Source: Bdellovibrionales bacterium
GTDB taxonomy: Bacteria; Bdellovibrionota; Bdellovibrionia; Bdellovibrionales; UBA1609
DNA length: 64,000 nucleotides
Assembly (NCBI GenBank): GCA_050246815.1
Contig: JBFWVI010000007.1
Location: 7,996-71,995, forward strand
Reading direction: 5' to 3'
Part shown: piece after piece, positions 28,282 through 37,691 of the stretch
How positions within the stretch are numbered: the first letter of the stretch is position 1
Layout of the letters: every line of letters begins with the position of its first letter
Notes under the pieces: generated by a model
Told to the model about the DNA's origin: nothing
The model's input: only the letters and a program-made list of their open reading frames with translations
Databases searched by the model: none
Translations under genes and position numbers: made by a program

Positions 28282-29661
28282 ATGGGCCATATCTTGCGTT
28301 TGACTGTGATGCTGGGGTTGATCGTTGCAGTTCAGGCGAAGTCCAACACGTATCGCCCCCAGTTTTACGCCAAAGAGGCTTTTGAATATCGTGTCGAATT
28401 TCAGCATATATTGAAAACCGACTTCACCACGTTATCCCAGATTCATCAGCTTTCTGCAATGGAACGAAAGATCTTAGAGGCAAGAACGCTCAGCGAGGTC
28501 CTGCGCTACTTTATGGGCCCGTTGGCCCATCGCTTTTTAGGCGGGGTTCGTGACTATGATGAGCTGAAATTGAATTTCGACGCGGCTTGGGTGGATCAGG
28601 ACAAGTCCGGCTTTGTGATGATCCCATATCGTGTTCGTGGGCGTTGGGTCTTGCGCGGGCGGCAAGACAAGATTGAATTACCCCTTCCGTATCGGGTTGC
28701 TGATTTAAGGACACCGGGCTGGTTAAGGTGTGGCAGCGACGATCCGGAGTATCAGGGGCTTGAGATGCTTTGGTACTTCTGGGATCCGCTGCGCGAAGGA
28801 TGTGACCACCAAGACAAACGCGAGTATGGGAACGTGGTGGTCCAACTTAAGCTGTTGCCCACTTTGACGACAGACACACGACCCGAGTATGAACGTTTGA
28901 TTCGCCAGGGTAAAAGTGGCCCATTGTTGCCGATGACTTTGGCTTTTGGTTACGTGCATGCTCCGCAAATGCCGGACCCTGAAACAGATATGGATCAAGG
29001 TGCAATCGAGTATCGCCATTTTATCGCCTGGGTAGAAAACAACAATGACGATTTGGCAAAGACCCCAATTTTGGCGAAAGAGGTGGAATCCAACTTGCCA
29101 CCTGAGCAAGTGGTGGGATGGGTTTTTCGCGGTCTGCGCCAAGGAGTGAATGTTGAACTGCGTGTGGTGATGGCGGCGGGCCTAGAGCAAATGCGCTTCT
29201 TCGCAGATTCATTCACTCGCCGACACGATTCGTTTTTTGCATGGTTCGGGCATTCCCGTTTGGGCGAGGGTTTTGATGCGCGCATCTTCCGTATTCTACT
29301 TTTCGATCCAAACCAAAAGCTCAGCATCACCAACAATTATCAATTGGTCTATTGGGGGGGATGCAATAGCTACTCTTACTACACCGATCCATTCTTTAAT
29401 TTGAAAGCCGAATATTCAAAAGGGCAAGACCCGCAGGGCACCAAAAATCTGGATCTGATTTCAAACGGGCTTGCGACCTACTTTAACTTGAACAACCTCA
29501 ACGCTCAAACCTTGGTGGCTGCGATCTTCAAGTCACTTTTTGCTGATCAAGGTCCGGTTGGCTACAGGCAAATCGTTGACCAAATGGAGTCGCATGGCGA
29601 AGCCCTCGCACGGCCGATCATCGTCAACGTTTTGGGTGACGGGGACAATCCGCGTGAATGA
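28282..29661 (+). CDS. Secreted hypothetical protein with a clan-CD-like His...Cys arrangement
   Basis: The signal peptide is LTVMLGLIVAVQA. FAWFGHSRLGEG is followed 37 residues later by QLVYWGGCNSYSYY. Confidence 0.62.
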   Translation: MGHILRLTVMLGLIVAVQAKSNTYRPQFYAKEAFEYRVEFQHILKTDFTTLSQIHQLSAMERKILEARTLSEVLRYFMGPLAHRFLGGVRDYDELKLNFDAAWVDQDKSGFVMIPYRVRGRWVLRGRQDKIELPLPYRVADLRTPGWLRCGSDDPEYQGLEMLWYFWDPLREGCDHQDKREYGNVVVQLKLLPTLTTDTRPEYERLIRQGKSGPLLPMTLAFGYVHAPQMPDPETDMDQGAIEYRHFIAWVENNNDDLAKTPILAKEVESNLPPEQVVGWVFRGLRQGVNVELRVVMAAGLEQMRFFADSFTRRHDSFFAWFGHSRLGEGFDARIFRILLFDPNQKLSITNNYQLVYWGGCNSYSYYTDPFFNLKAEYSKGQDPQGTKNLDLISNGLATYFNLNNLNAQTLVAAIFKSLFADQGPVGYRQIVDQMESHGEALARPIIVNVLGDGDNPRE

Positions 29662-29683
29662 TTTTTTCTATTTGAGACGGGCT

Positions 29684-30643
29684 CTAGCCTCTTTCCATAT
29701 GCAGCAAATTGCCGATGGTGTTGGCGTTCTTAAAGGCGTGGTGATTGGCCAGTTGATCACCGCGAACAATTTCGCAACGAGCGTTGTCGATCCACTTTCC
29801 GACGCGTTTTACATTCCCAGCTGCGGCGTAATCCGAAGTCAAATCGTCCGGTGTGGCGGGATTGACTTTGGCCCACCAAATTAGATTTTGGCCGGCGGTG
29901 GTGACCAACAGATCACTCGAAGCCTCTTTGATCAGGTCTTCATCCGAAAGTTCGCCCGAGAAGATTTTGATCCGGCGAATATATCCTGATAAACGCTCAT
30001 GCTGGTGGTCGTTCCACCAGGGGGCGTTGCCGAACACCATGGCTTTGTTGGGGTGTGGGGCGCTTTTGGCATAGGCGCCTTGGTGGGTGACGTCATTTTT
30101 GCGCTGCCCGCTGACATCCTGCCCCACGATTTGATGATAAAAGCGCAGCAACGACTGGCCGCTTTGTTTGTTGAGCACCTGGCATTTGAAGGCCTGAGTA
30201 TAGGTTTGACCATAGGTCACGGCGTCGCTGACATAGTCGCCACCGTCCACCGAGATTTCCCATTTATGAAGTCTAAAGTCATCACCGTCACCTTGTCCGA
30301 AAGCGGAGTAAGGATAAGGATGACAGCCCACATAACCATTTTTTTCGAGCAAGTCATAAAAGTTCGTGTTTTGCGAGGCCGAGTAAAAAAAGGTCGTGTA
30401 GTAAGCCGCTTGTTTGACCGGGATGAACTGCCAGACCACGCTGAAGCCGTCGATCCATTTCAGCGTGTCTATGCCGGCTTCAAGGGCTGGAATATAAAAG
30501 TACCTCTGCACATTGATCCGGTCATAGGCCCCATTTCGACCCGTCAAGTGACCATTGCCTTTGAAGTACATCCAATTCTCAGTGCTTGGGGACGGGGGTG
30601 CCTTTACAGAAACCGTAGTCGCGCGAGATTTGATTTTTGCCAT
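29684..30643 (-). CDS. Hypothetical protein, possibly concanavalin A/LamG-like jelly-roll
   Basis: 319 aa with no signal peptide. GYIRRIKIFSGELSDEDL resembles the last strand of LamG-type domains. Confidence 0.55.
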   Translation of the reverse strand: MAKIKSRATTVSVKAPPSPSTENWMYFKGNGHLTGRNGAYDRINVQRYFYIPALEAGIDTLKWIDGFSVVWQFIPVKQAAYYTTFFYSASQNTNFYDLLEKNGYVGCHPYPYSAFGQGDGDDFRLHKWEISVDGGDYVSDAVTYGQTYTQAFKCQVLNKQSGQSLLRFYHQIVGQDVSGQRKNDVTHQGAYAKSAPHPNKAMVFGNAPWWNDHQHERLSGYIRRIKIFSGELSDEDLIKEASSDLLVTTAGQNLIWWAKVNPATPDDLTSDYAAAGNVKRVGKWIDNARCEIVRGDQLANHHAFKNANTIGNLLHMERG

Positions 30644-30873
30644 AAGATCCTCGAACTTACATGATAAGGCCTAGGAGCGGGGTTCGATAGCACAAAAGCA
30701 AGGGACGTCTCATATTGATATGACCATTATTTGAGCTATCCTAGTTTTTAGCGTTCATTTGAGTAGCGCATCCTTTGCGCTGAATTCGGTTTGGCTTTCG
30801 TCTTGCATTTGAATCCTATTTTCAACAGCAGCGATACTACCGAAGCTGAATCCATAATAGGTGACTCATTCGT

Positions 30874-31773
30874 ATGCGACTCTGTAATTTGGATATTGGT
30901 ATAAGATTACTACAATTTATTTTGCCGGCCCTATTCTCTCTGATTTCACTACGATCAGACGCGATTTTCATAAAAATAGAAGCTGTTGAGCAGAAATGTT
31001 CGGAAATTTTAACTGTTAGCGAGCCAATTCCCGGACGTCCCCTAAGCTTCAGTAACCCTCAAGAACTGAACAACTGGCTGACCCTTAACTTGCTAAAAAA
31101 GTATAAGTTGCAGTCAATAGACACCCCTTTAACTGGACTTACTCCTGAGACGCGAGCGAATGAAGTCTTAAATCGTCTGTTACGCTTTCGGATTTCATTC
31201 CTGCCTGAGGATAGGCAGCAGGCCCTTTTGAATATATTAGATTCATCAGTTCTTATTTTTGAATTTCCATTCGCGGTCTGGGGAAGTCATGGGTTTGCGT
31301 CACCCGGAGAAATCTCTGTCAAGAATCATCTTAGTTTAAGAGATAGTGCTTTTACTTTAGCCATCTTGATCCACGAAATTGAACATCAGATTCAATTTTT
31401 GCTATTTCCGACTTCTGATTTTAAGAGATGGAAAAGAGAGCAGGGCCTGCATCTGTTCGCGAAGAAAACCTTGTTGAGATATCAGCAGGAAACTGGGGCC
31501 ATGTTCATGGAATGGGCTTTTTTTCATCTGCTACCCCATGATGATCTATCCTACTGGCAGGCAAAATTAGATTCTGCTGGAGACCCTACTTATCCAGAGC
31601 GAGACATGTTGGTGTTCCGAGATCGAGACAGGCTGCAGAGACAACTCGATGGAGCGAGCTTGTCATTTGAAGAGTATTTAGCGCTCGAACATAAAGCTGG
31701 GCGATACTCCTTGCGGAGTATCAGAGAGCTCTATTGGCGCGAACGAGATGGCGAATTTTATCATCCCTATTAA
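30874..31773 (+). CDS. Hypothetical HExxH-motif protein (putative metallopeptidase)
   Basis: The N-terminus is hydrophobic. LAILIHEIEHQIQF contains HEIEH. The gene lies in a lower-GC segment. Confidence 0.58.
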   Translation: MRLCNLDIGIRLLQFILPALFSLISLRSDAIFIKIEAVEQKCSEILTVSEPIPGRPLSFSNPQELNNWLTLNLLKKYKLQSIDTPLTGLTPETRANEVLNRLLRFRISFLPEDRQQALLNILDSSVLIFEFPFAVWGSHGFASPGEISVKNHLSLRDSAFTLAILIHEIEHQIQFLLFPTSDFKRWKREQGLHLFAKKTLLRYQQETGAMFMEWAFFHLLPHDDLSYWQAKLDSAGDPTYPERDMLVFRDRDRLQRQLDGASLSFEEYLALEHKAGRYSLRSIRELYWRERDGEFYHPY

Positions 31774-32108
31774 TTTCAAACTCTGAATAGTGACCCGGCC
31801 TTCTGAGGCCTAAACCGGTCTCATTTTCTCTGGGCTAGGTAACCACAACTTATACGCTCCACTGTCGCCTTCCCCGTCACACAAGACGCGGAACTCAGTA
31901 CGAGAACTACATGTAATCTTCTAAACGCCCACACTTAGTCAGATTGGAGTGCCTTTTGATCACCGGCCCACTTCCCCCGAGTAGCCCAGAAAGCTCGCTT
32001 TTTAGATTGGACGCTGGGGAAGCGAAGGGACCAGGCTTTTTGGCCCCCCTTACAATTCTGAGGTCAGAAGTCCATTTGAAGCTTCACAAGGCAGCGGTTT
32101 TGTTCGTA

Positions 32109-32792
32109 CTACTGAGCCGCAGACTTTGAGGTGTCTGGGATTAAAATAAAGTCACATTTTGCTTTCAAGGGCTTAGAACCAGAGTCTGCAATAAACTTGG
32201 TGAGATGCTGGGCGACGGGTTGTGAATTGAGCCACGAAGTTAGGCGTGTTGTCGAAATGCTCCATGGCTGGCCAGGATCATCTGAAATCTCCTCATACGC
32301 GGCGAACCAAACGTGGGATTGTTCATCCGGACCGAGTTCATCTTCATCCAGTGCAAAAAAATCGATCTGATCTTTGCCAAAGCATGCAGTCAAATGAATC
32401 ATTACGTCGCCAAATTGCGAACCCGTCTTTGTAAGTTCGCAGAATATGTTCCGAGGAATCAAAACGTTATTAGCATCACGTAGACCACCACCTTTATCTC
32501 CATGACTAGTCCAAATGATCATGCGGGTCCGTGGATTCTTCACAGCTTCATATAAGTCACCGACGGTCGCCGAGAGATTAACTAACGTACGAAAGCCCAA
32601 CCGATTCAACGCAGGGGAGTTAGTAAGAAAAGCCGTCGCTTGCTCAAGGCCATATTGGGGTTCTAATTTACCGACCAGAAAATAGACGTCACCATTTGGA
32701 TGAGTCTTTTTGGTTACGCCTTGGCGGTGGTGACTGGCTGGAAAGACCGTCCAAGAGAAGAAAAATAGGATCAAGACCACAATGCGGTTCAT
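32109..32792 (-). CDS. Small secreted protein with a caspase/legumain-like His-Cys dyad
   Basis: The start is at the internal ATG 32792, with signal peptide MNRIVVLILFFFSWTVFPA. RMIIWTSHGDKGGG is followed 40 residues later by VMIHLTACFG. Confidence 0.58.
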   Translation of the reverse strand: MNRIVVLILFFFSWTVFPASHHRQGVTKKTHPNGDVYFLVGKLEPQYGLEQATAFLTNSPALNRLGFRTLVNLSATVGDLYEAVKNPRTRMIIWTSHGDKGGGLRDANNVLIPRNIFCELTKTGSQFGDVMIHLTACFGKDQIDFFALDEDELGPDEQSHVWFAAYEEISDDPGQPWSISTTRLTSWLNSQPVAQHLTKFIADSGSKPLKAKCDFILIPDTSKSAAQ

Positions 32793-32852
32793 GTCCTTTT
32801 TTAATTGAGTACAGCACCCCCGTGTCAAACGATGTTTCGAAACTAAATCTTA

Positions 32853-32888
32853 GTGGGCTGTGTGGCGGGTTTAGCCACCACAGCCCAC
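32853..32888. other. Strong isolated hairpin (14-15-bp stem)
   Basis: GTGGGCTGTGTGGC (32853-32866) pairs with GCCACCACAGCCCAC (32874-32888) with one bulge. It lies between divergent genes at the edge of the islet. Confidence 0.65.
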
Positions 32889-32998
32889 TATTCAGCAGTA
32901 GCGGTCAGAAAGGCATAGGCCCTCTAAGGAGGGTAATAGGGTGATACGGCACTTAACGCACTTGCAATAAATAATAATTTCAAATAGTTAAGTGCCCT

Positions 32999-33817
32999 AT
33001 GCCAGAACTTCCCGAAGTGGAAACCGTCCGTCGCGGACTCAGTGAAATTTTGTCGAGTCAAAATCGCATCCAGCGTGCGGAGCTGATCTGTGGCGACCTG
33101 CGCCGGCAGGTCAGCCAGGCTGAACTTGATGTCTTGAAAGGACAAAAAATTTTAAATATCCGCCGTCGCGCGAAGTACCTGTTAATGGAAACAGAACAGC
33201 ATGTGTTGATCAATCACTTGGGAATGACCGGATCATGGCGCGTGGCAGCCGAAGGGTTCGAGCAGAAGCACGATCATTTTTATTTGTGGCTTCAAGGCGG
33301 CTCGCGTTTGGCCTTCAATGATCCACGCCGTTTTGGTTTGTTGTATGTGGTGGCGCGAGGTGATGAAAAAAGTGATTCTCGACTTGCGTCCTTGGGGCCC
33401 GAGCCTCTTGAACCCGACTTTAATGCCGATTGGGTTTTTGCCCGTACTCGCAAAAAGCAGACAGCCTTAAAGGTCTGGCTGATGGATCAGCGCAATGTGG
33501 TGGGAGTGGGCAATATCTATGCGTCCGAGGCTTTGTATCGGGCGGGTTTAAAGCCCCAGCGTCGCAGCGGACGGTTGACACATGTTGAGGGTGAAAAATT
33601 AGTGCGCAGTGTGCGCGACATCTTAAAAGCCGCGATAAAAAAAGGTGGCAGCACCATTCGTGATTTTAAACAAACGGGTGGTACGGGCGGATACTTTCAG
33701 AATCAATTGTTGGTTTATGATCGCGCCGACGAACCCTGCCGGGCTTGCAAGACTTTGATACGCAGTCAAGTCATCGGTGGCCGCAGCACTTACTGGTGCG
33801 CCCAATGTCAAAGCTAA
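32999..33817 (+). CDS. mutM: Formamidopyrimidine-DNA glycosylase
   Basis: The N-terminus is MPELPEVETVRRGL. It also has GNIYASEALY and a C-terminal zinc finger CRACKT...YWCAQCQ. Confidence 0.93.
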   Translation: MPELPEVETVRRGLSEILSSQNRIQRAELICGDLRRQVSQAELDVLKGQKILNIRRRAKYLLMETEQHVLINHLGMTGSWRVAAEGFEQKHDHFYLWLQGGSRLAFNDPRRFGLLYVVARGDEKSDSRLASLGPEPLEPDFNADWVFARTRKKQTALKVWLMDQRNVVGVGNIYASEALYRAGLKPQRRSGRLTHVEGEKLVRSVRDILKAAIKKGGSTIRDFKQTGGTGGYFQNQLLVYDRADEPCRACKTLIRSQVIGGRSTYWCAQCQS

Positions 33818-33827
33818 AGGCCGCACC

Positions 33828-34961
33828 ATGATTTTGGCCGCGTATTTAAATCTTTTGGTCTTTGGATTGTTGGATAACTTTCGTGGTCCATTTTTTTCGG
33901 CCCAACTTACTGAGTTTTCTTTGAGTGAAGGCGCTGGCGCCGCCGTGTTCGCGTTGACTTCGATTTTTGCCAGCCTCTCAAGCACGACTGGCGCAGGCCT
34001 GCTGAGGCGCTTGGGTGCAGGCGGACTTTTGAATTTCAGCGCCTTTTGCATGGGGGCCGGATTCCTGTGCATGGCCTTCAGCCCGCTTTATGCCATTTTA
34101 CTTTTTGGCGCGGCCTTGCTTGGGGTTGGCTTGGGGCTTGCCGCGTTGGCGCAGAATGTGGCTGTGGCCGAGTATGCGCCGATTCAATCCAGGGCCAAGT
34201 TGATGTCGGGCTTGCATGCCATGTATGCGCTGTCTTCGGCCGCATCGCCCTGGGTTGCTCATGGGCTTCTTTTGGCGGGCTGGACTTGGCGCCAAAGTTT
34301 CATCGCGGTGGCATTGGTGCCGATGATGTTCAGTCTTGCCGGAGTGTTGTGGGGGCGTCGGACACGGCGGGTGATTCACGCGGCCCCTTTGTCTTTACAG
34401 GCCCAAGTCTGGCCAAAGGGTACGCGTCGCCATGTTTTTTTGCTGGCGATTTGCACAGCGCTTTACCTTTGGGCCGAAATTTCAGTGGGCACCCGTCTGG
34501 TGCGCTGGTTTGAAGTGGAGCATGGTGGAACAGCTGCGCAGGGCTCCCTTTATCTGATGAGTTTTTTTGCCGCGCTTTTGCTGGGACGTCTGCTGAGTTG
34601 GCGTTGGGCCCCCCATCGCGAACAGGGTTTACGGCGCACGTTGTGGGCCAGTAGCGTGGTCGCAGCAGGGGGGCTGCTTTGGGCCCTGTGGGTATGGCCA
34701 TGGGCGGTGGCATTGGCCGGCCTGGCCATGGGGCCTTTTTATCCTTTGGCCATGGCCTATGCGCGGGTGCGTTTTATGGATTTAGCGCCGCAGGCTTACA
34801 CATTAATTTTGGGCACCGGTTCGGCGGGTGTGGTGATGATGCATTTTTTGATCGGTTGGAGCGCCGACAACCACGGCCTTCAAGCGGCGATGCAGGTTGG
34901 TCCGCTGGGATTGCTTTTAGGCTTGCTGATCTTGCTGTTCGAAGCGCGCATAAAGCGCTGA
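33828..34961 (+). CDS. MFS transporter
   Basis: It has 12 hydrophobic helices, and the start is at ATG 33828. The substrate is unknown. Confidence 0.78.
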   Translation: MILAAYLNLLVFGLLDNFRGPFFSAQLTEFSLSEGAGAAVFALTSIFASLSSTTGAGLLRRLGAGGLLNFSAFCMGAGFLCMAFSPLYAILLFGAALLGVGLGLAALAQNVAVAEYAPIQSRAKLMSGLHAMYALSSAASPWVAHGLLLAGWTWRQSFIAVALVPMMFSLAGVLWGRRTRRVIHAAPLSLQAQVWPKGTRRHVFLLAICTALYLWAEISVGTRLVRWFEVEHGGTAAQGSLYLMSFFAALLLGRLLSWRWAPHREQGLRRTLWASSVVAAGGLLWALWVWPWAVALAGLAMGPFYPLAMAYARVRFMDLAPQAYTLILGTGSAGVVMMHFLIGWSADNHGLQAAMQVGPLGLLLGLLILLFEARIKR

Positions 34962-35690
34962 AGCCAGAGCGAAGCGAACTTCGGCCACTTCCACCCCGCG
35001 GGTCGAAAAGAAAAAGCCCACATCGATGTCAAACAGCCGAAGCCAAAACCAGCGTGGTCGACCATCGGGACGAATAGCTTCTTCACGATCCGCCACGGCG
35101 CGCGGATCACTGGCCAAGCTCTGCTGAATCAGCTGGCGAAGTTGCGGCAGGCTCATGGGGGGCGGTGCCAATTGATAAACGCGCAGTAACCCTTTCTCCG
35201 CTTCGCGCGAAAAAAACACCGGCAAGCGCGGCCAGGGGTTTTCGTCCACCCATCCACCTCGCGCGCGATCAACGCGGTCGCATTCGGTGATATAGGGTTT
35301 GATGTCTAAGATAGGAGTGTCATCCAATAGGTCCACTTCGTTTAAAATCAAATCTCGCCCCTGCACTCCCACCACACGGGCCAAAGTCAGGCCGATTGGA
35401 TTGGGGCGATGGGGCGAGCGTGAGGCCAAGACGCCTACGCTTCGACCGCCCAAGCGGGGTGGATGCACTTTGGTGGGGATCATTTTACCCAAGTTTTCGT
35501 GAAAAACACTGATCAGCCAAACATGGGAAAAGCCGCTTAAGCCTTGAAGCCATTGTTCGGGAGACGTACCTGGCGCCCACTGCACATGGGCCGAAGCGGC
35601 TGGCACAAGATGGCCTTGGCGGGGAGTGCCGAATTTGTCGACGAAAGGCGTTTTTAGCCAGCCAATGGGTTCGAAATTAAACGACATCAT
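34917..35690 (-). CDS. trmO: tRNA (t6A37-N6)-methyltransferase TrmO (TsaA/YaeB family)
   Basis: Motifs EPIGWLKTPFVDKFGTPRQG, FSHVWLISVFH and SRSPHRPNPIGLTLARV. Confidence 0.83.
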   Translation of the reverse strand: MMSFNFEPIGWLKTPFVDKFGTPRQGHLVPAASAHVQWAPGTSPEQWLQGLSGFSHVWLISVFHENLGKMIPTKVHPPRLGGRSVGVLASRSPHRPNPIGLTLARVVGVQGRDLILNEVDLLDDTPILDIKPYITECDRVDRARGGWVDENPWPRLPVFFSREAEKGLLRVYQLAPPPMSLPQLRQLIQQSLASDPRAVADREEAIRPDGRPRWFWLRLFDIDVGFFFSTRGVEVAEVRFALASALYARFEQQDQQA

Positions 35691-35737
35691 GGCCTGGGGT
35701 GTAACACAAAGTTGGCGCTTTTGCCGCTCGATTTTTA

Positions 35738-35743
35738 TATAAT
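35738..35743 (+). promoter_or_regulatory. Consensus TATAAT -10 hexamer 8 nt upstream of the 35752 ATG (possible leaderless transcript)
   Basis: TATAAT lies at 35738-35743. No Shine-Dalgarno sequence sits between it and the ATG at 35752, and no well-spaced -35 element is present. Confidence 0.3.
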
Positions 35744-35751
35744 CACCCCTT

Positions 35752-37635
35752 ATGACAACGTTTTACCCTTGGGCACTGCTGGCACGACGCTTGGCTTTGA
35801 TTTTGGCCGTTTATTTTACTTATCGAATGCTGTTTTTTGTGCTGAACAGCGATGTTTATGCGGTCGAAACTTTCAGCACGATATTCTTGGCTTTTGTACA
35901 AGGGATTCGCTTTGATTTGTGGGCCTTAACATGGACCCATGCTCCGGTGATTTTGCTCAGCTTTGCGCCTTGGCGTTGGCAGGCTCATTGGCTGTGGCAG
36001 CGTTTGGTGTTGGTCTATGTGTTGGCCGTGAATTTTTGGTGTTTCGGCCTGAATGCGATCGACCTGGAGCTTTATAAATTCACGGGCAAACGCTTAACCA
36101 CGGACTGGCTGAAACTGCAGCAGGACATGCAAAACCAAACCATGGGCCTCGTTTCGTACTACTGGTGGGTCGCGCTTTTGGGATTTGTGACTTGGTTGGT
36201 GTTTTGGCGGTTTTGGCCCCGCTGGAAGCTTATCGCCCCACGTCCTGGAGCATGGGCGCGGGCGTTGGTTGGGTTGGTGTTCGTGGTACTCACGGCCTTG
36301 TCGATGCGGGGGGGGTGGCAGCTTAAGCCTTTAAACCTTGCCGATGCGTACAGCAGTGGGTCGAGTGCGGTGGGTATTTTGCGCATGAACTCAACATTTA
36401 CATTTTTTCGCAGCCGCTCCAGTTTTGATTCTTTGGCTTTGCGGTTTTTCAAGGGCAATGAGCCCGCCCGAGAGACGCTTTTGGCCGAAAGCCGCGGCGG
36501 CCCTTCGCCGCTGGATGGAAAGTTCAAAGGTTACAACATCGTTGTGCTGATTATTGAAAGTTTGGCCAGCGAGTACGTGGGCGTTTTAAATGAGGGCAAA
36601 GGCTACACACCTTTCCTAGATGAACTCACTGCGGTGTCCACCTTGTTTCGCAACAACTTCGCCAACGGCCGCCGCTCGATCGAGGCGGTGCCCAGTGTGG
36701 TGTGTGGACTGCCCTCACTGATGGGCGAGGCTCTGATTTTGTCGCCCTACCAGGGTATCGATCTGCATTGCTTGCCTGAGGTGGCAAGACGCGCGGGTTA
36801 TGCCACACACTTTTTTCATGGGGCCTACAATGGTTCGATGCATTTTGACGCCTTTTCAAACCGCGCCGGGTTCAATAAATTTTATGGATTTAACGAGTAC
36901 GGCGATTCCGCTGACAGCGATGGTCACTGGGGAATTTTTGACGAGCCGATGTTGAACTTTACGGTGAAGACGTTGAATCAATCTGTCCAACCCTTTGCCG
37001 CCGTGATGTTCACATTGAGCTCTCACAGCCCCTACCGATTGCCGCCCGGACTTGAGGGCCGCTTTCCGAAAGGCGAGCTGGAAATTCATCCAAGTATTGG
37101 TTACGTCGACTATGCATTAAAACAATTTTTTGCTCAGGCGCAAAAGAGCAAGTGGTTTAAAAACACCATCTTCGTGATCACCGGTGATCACACGCAAAAA
37201 TCAGTTCAACGGCGCTATCAATCGCTCACGGGGCTTTATCGAGTGCCGCTGTGGTTTTATATCCCAGGGAAAAAATTGGGTGGGGATCCAATGAAGTTCA
37301 CCCAGCACCTCGATATTTTGCCCACCCTGATGACACTTGCGGGATTGCCGCTCGAGCCACGGTTAAAGATCGGCCAGAATGTTTTCGCTCCTGGCGCCGG
37401 AGTGGTCTTTAACGGCGACGAACGTGGTTTTTGGAGTTTGGGAGAGGCGGGGTTGATTGAATACAATCGGGCCACCACCTCTTTTGCACGAATGGCGTTT
37501 GACCCGAAAACTTGGCTGACTTCCGAGGCGCAAAACATCGGCCCAGATGACGCGGTCGGGCACGCGGCCGAGCAATTAAAAGCGATTGTGGATTATCACA
37601 ATGAGGGTGTGGTGCAAAACCGCCTCTATAAGTAG
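35752..37635 (+). CDS. LTA-synthase/sulfatase-family phosphotransferase (MdoB/LtaS-like)
   Basis: It has five N-terminal TM helices and an extracytoplasmic sulfatase-like domain (NIVVLIIESLASEY, FFHGAYNGSM, ITGDH). Confidence 0.83.
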   Translation: MTTFYPWALLARRLALILAVYFTYRMLFFVLNSDVYAVETFSTIFLAFVQGIRFDLWALTWTHAPVILLSFAPWRWQAHWLWQRLVLVYVLAVNFWCFGLNAIDLELYKFTGKRLTTDWLKLQQDMQNQTMGLVSYYWWVALLGFVTWLVFWRFWPRWKLIAPRPGAWARALVGLVFVVLTALSMRGGWQLKPLNLADAYSSGSSAVGILRMNSTFTFFRSRSSFDSLALRFFKGNEPARETLLAESRGGPSPLDGKFKGYNIVVLIIESLASEYVGVLNEGKGYTPFLDELTAVSTLFRNNFANGRRSIEAVPSVVCGLPSLMGEALILSPYQGIDLHCLPEVARRAGYATHFFHGAYNGSMHFDAFSNRAGFNKFYGFNEYGDSADSDGHWGIFDEPMLNFTVKTLNQSVQPFAAVMFTLSSHSPYRLPPGLEGRFPKGELEIHPSIGYVDYALKQFFAQAQKSKWFKNTIFVITGDHTQKSVQRRYQSLTGLYRVPLWFYIPGKKLGGDPMKFTQHLDILPTLMTLAGLPLEPRLKIGQNVFAPGAGVVFNGDERGFWSLGEAGLIEYNRATTSFARMAFDPKTWLTSEAQNIGPDDAVGHAAEQLKAIVDYHNEGVVQNRLYK

Positions 37636-37691
37636 ACAACCCGAAGGCCGCTCGCGTAAGACCTCTAGCAGGAAAAGGGTGGAGGTCTTTT

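Noticed and set aside
29999-30664. 221-aa plus-strand ORF.
   Set aside because: It is antisense to the 319-aa minus-strand gene. Its sequence is Val/Gly/His/Arg-rich, of low complexity and without motifs.
30671-30690. GGGGTTCGATAGCAC, a T-loop-like GGTTCGA motif at the left edge of the low-GC islet. I considered it as a possible tRNA fragment or att site.
   Set aside because: The flanking bases cannot form a T-stem or an acceptor stem, and no matching direct repeat was seen at the right edge.
31944-32129. 61-aa ORF in the gap between the convergent islet genes.
   Set aside because: It has no RBS and no recognisable motif, and it overlaps the 3' end of the 32109-32792 gene.
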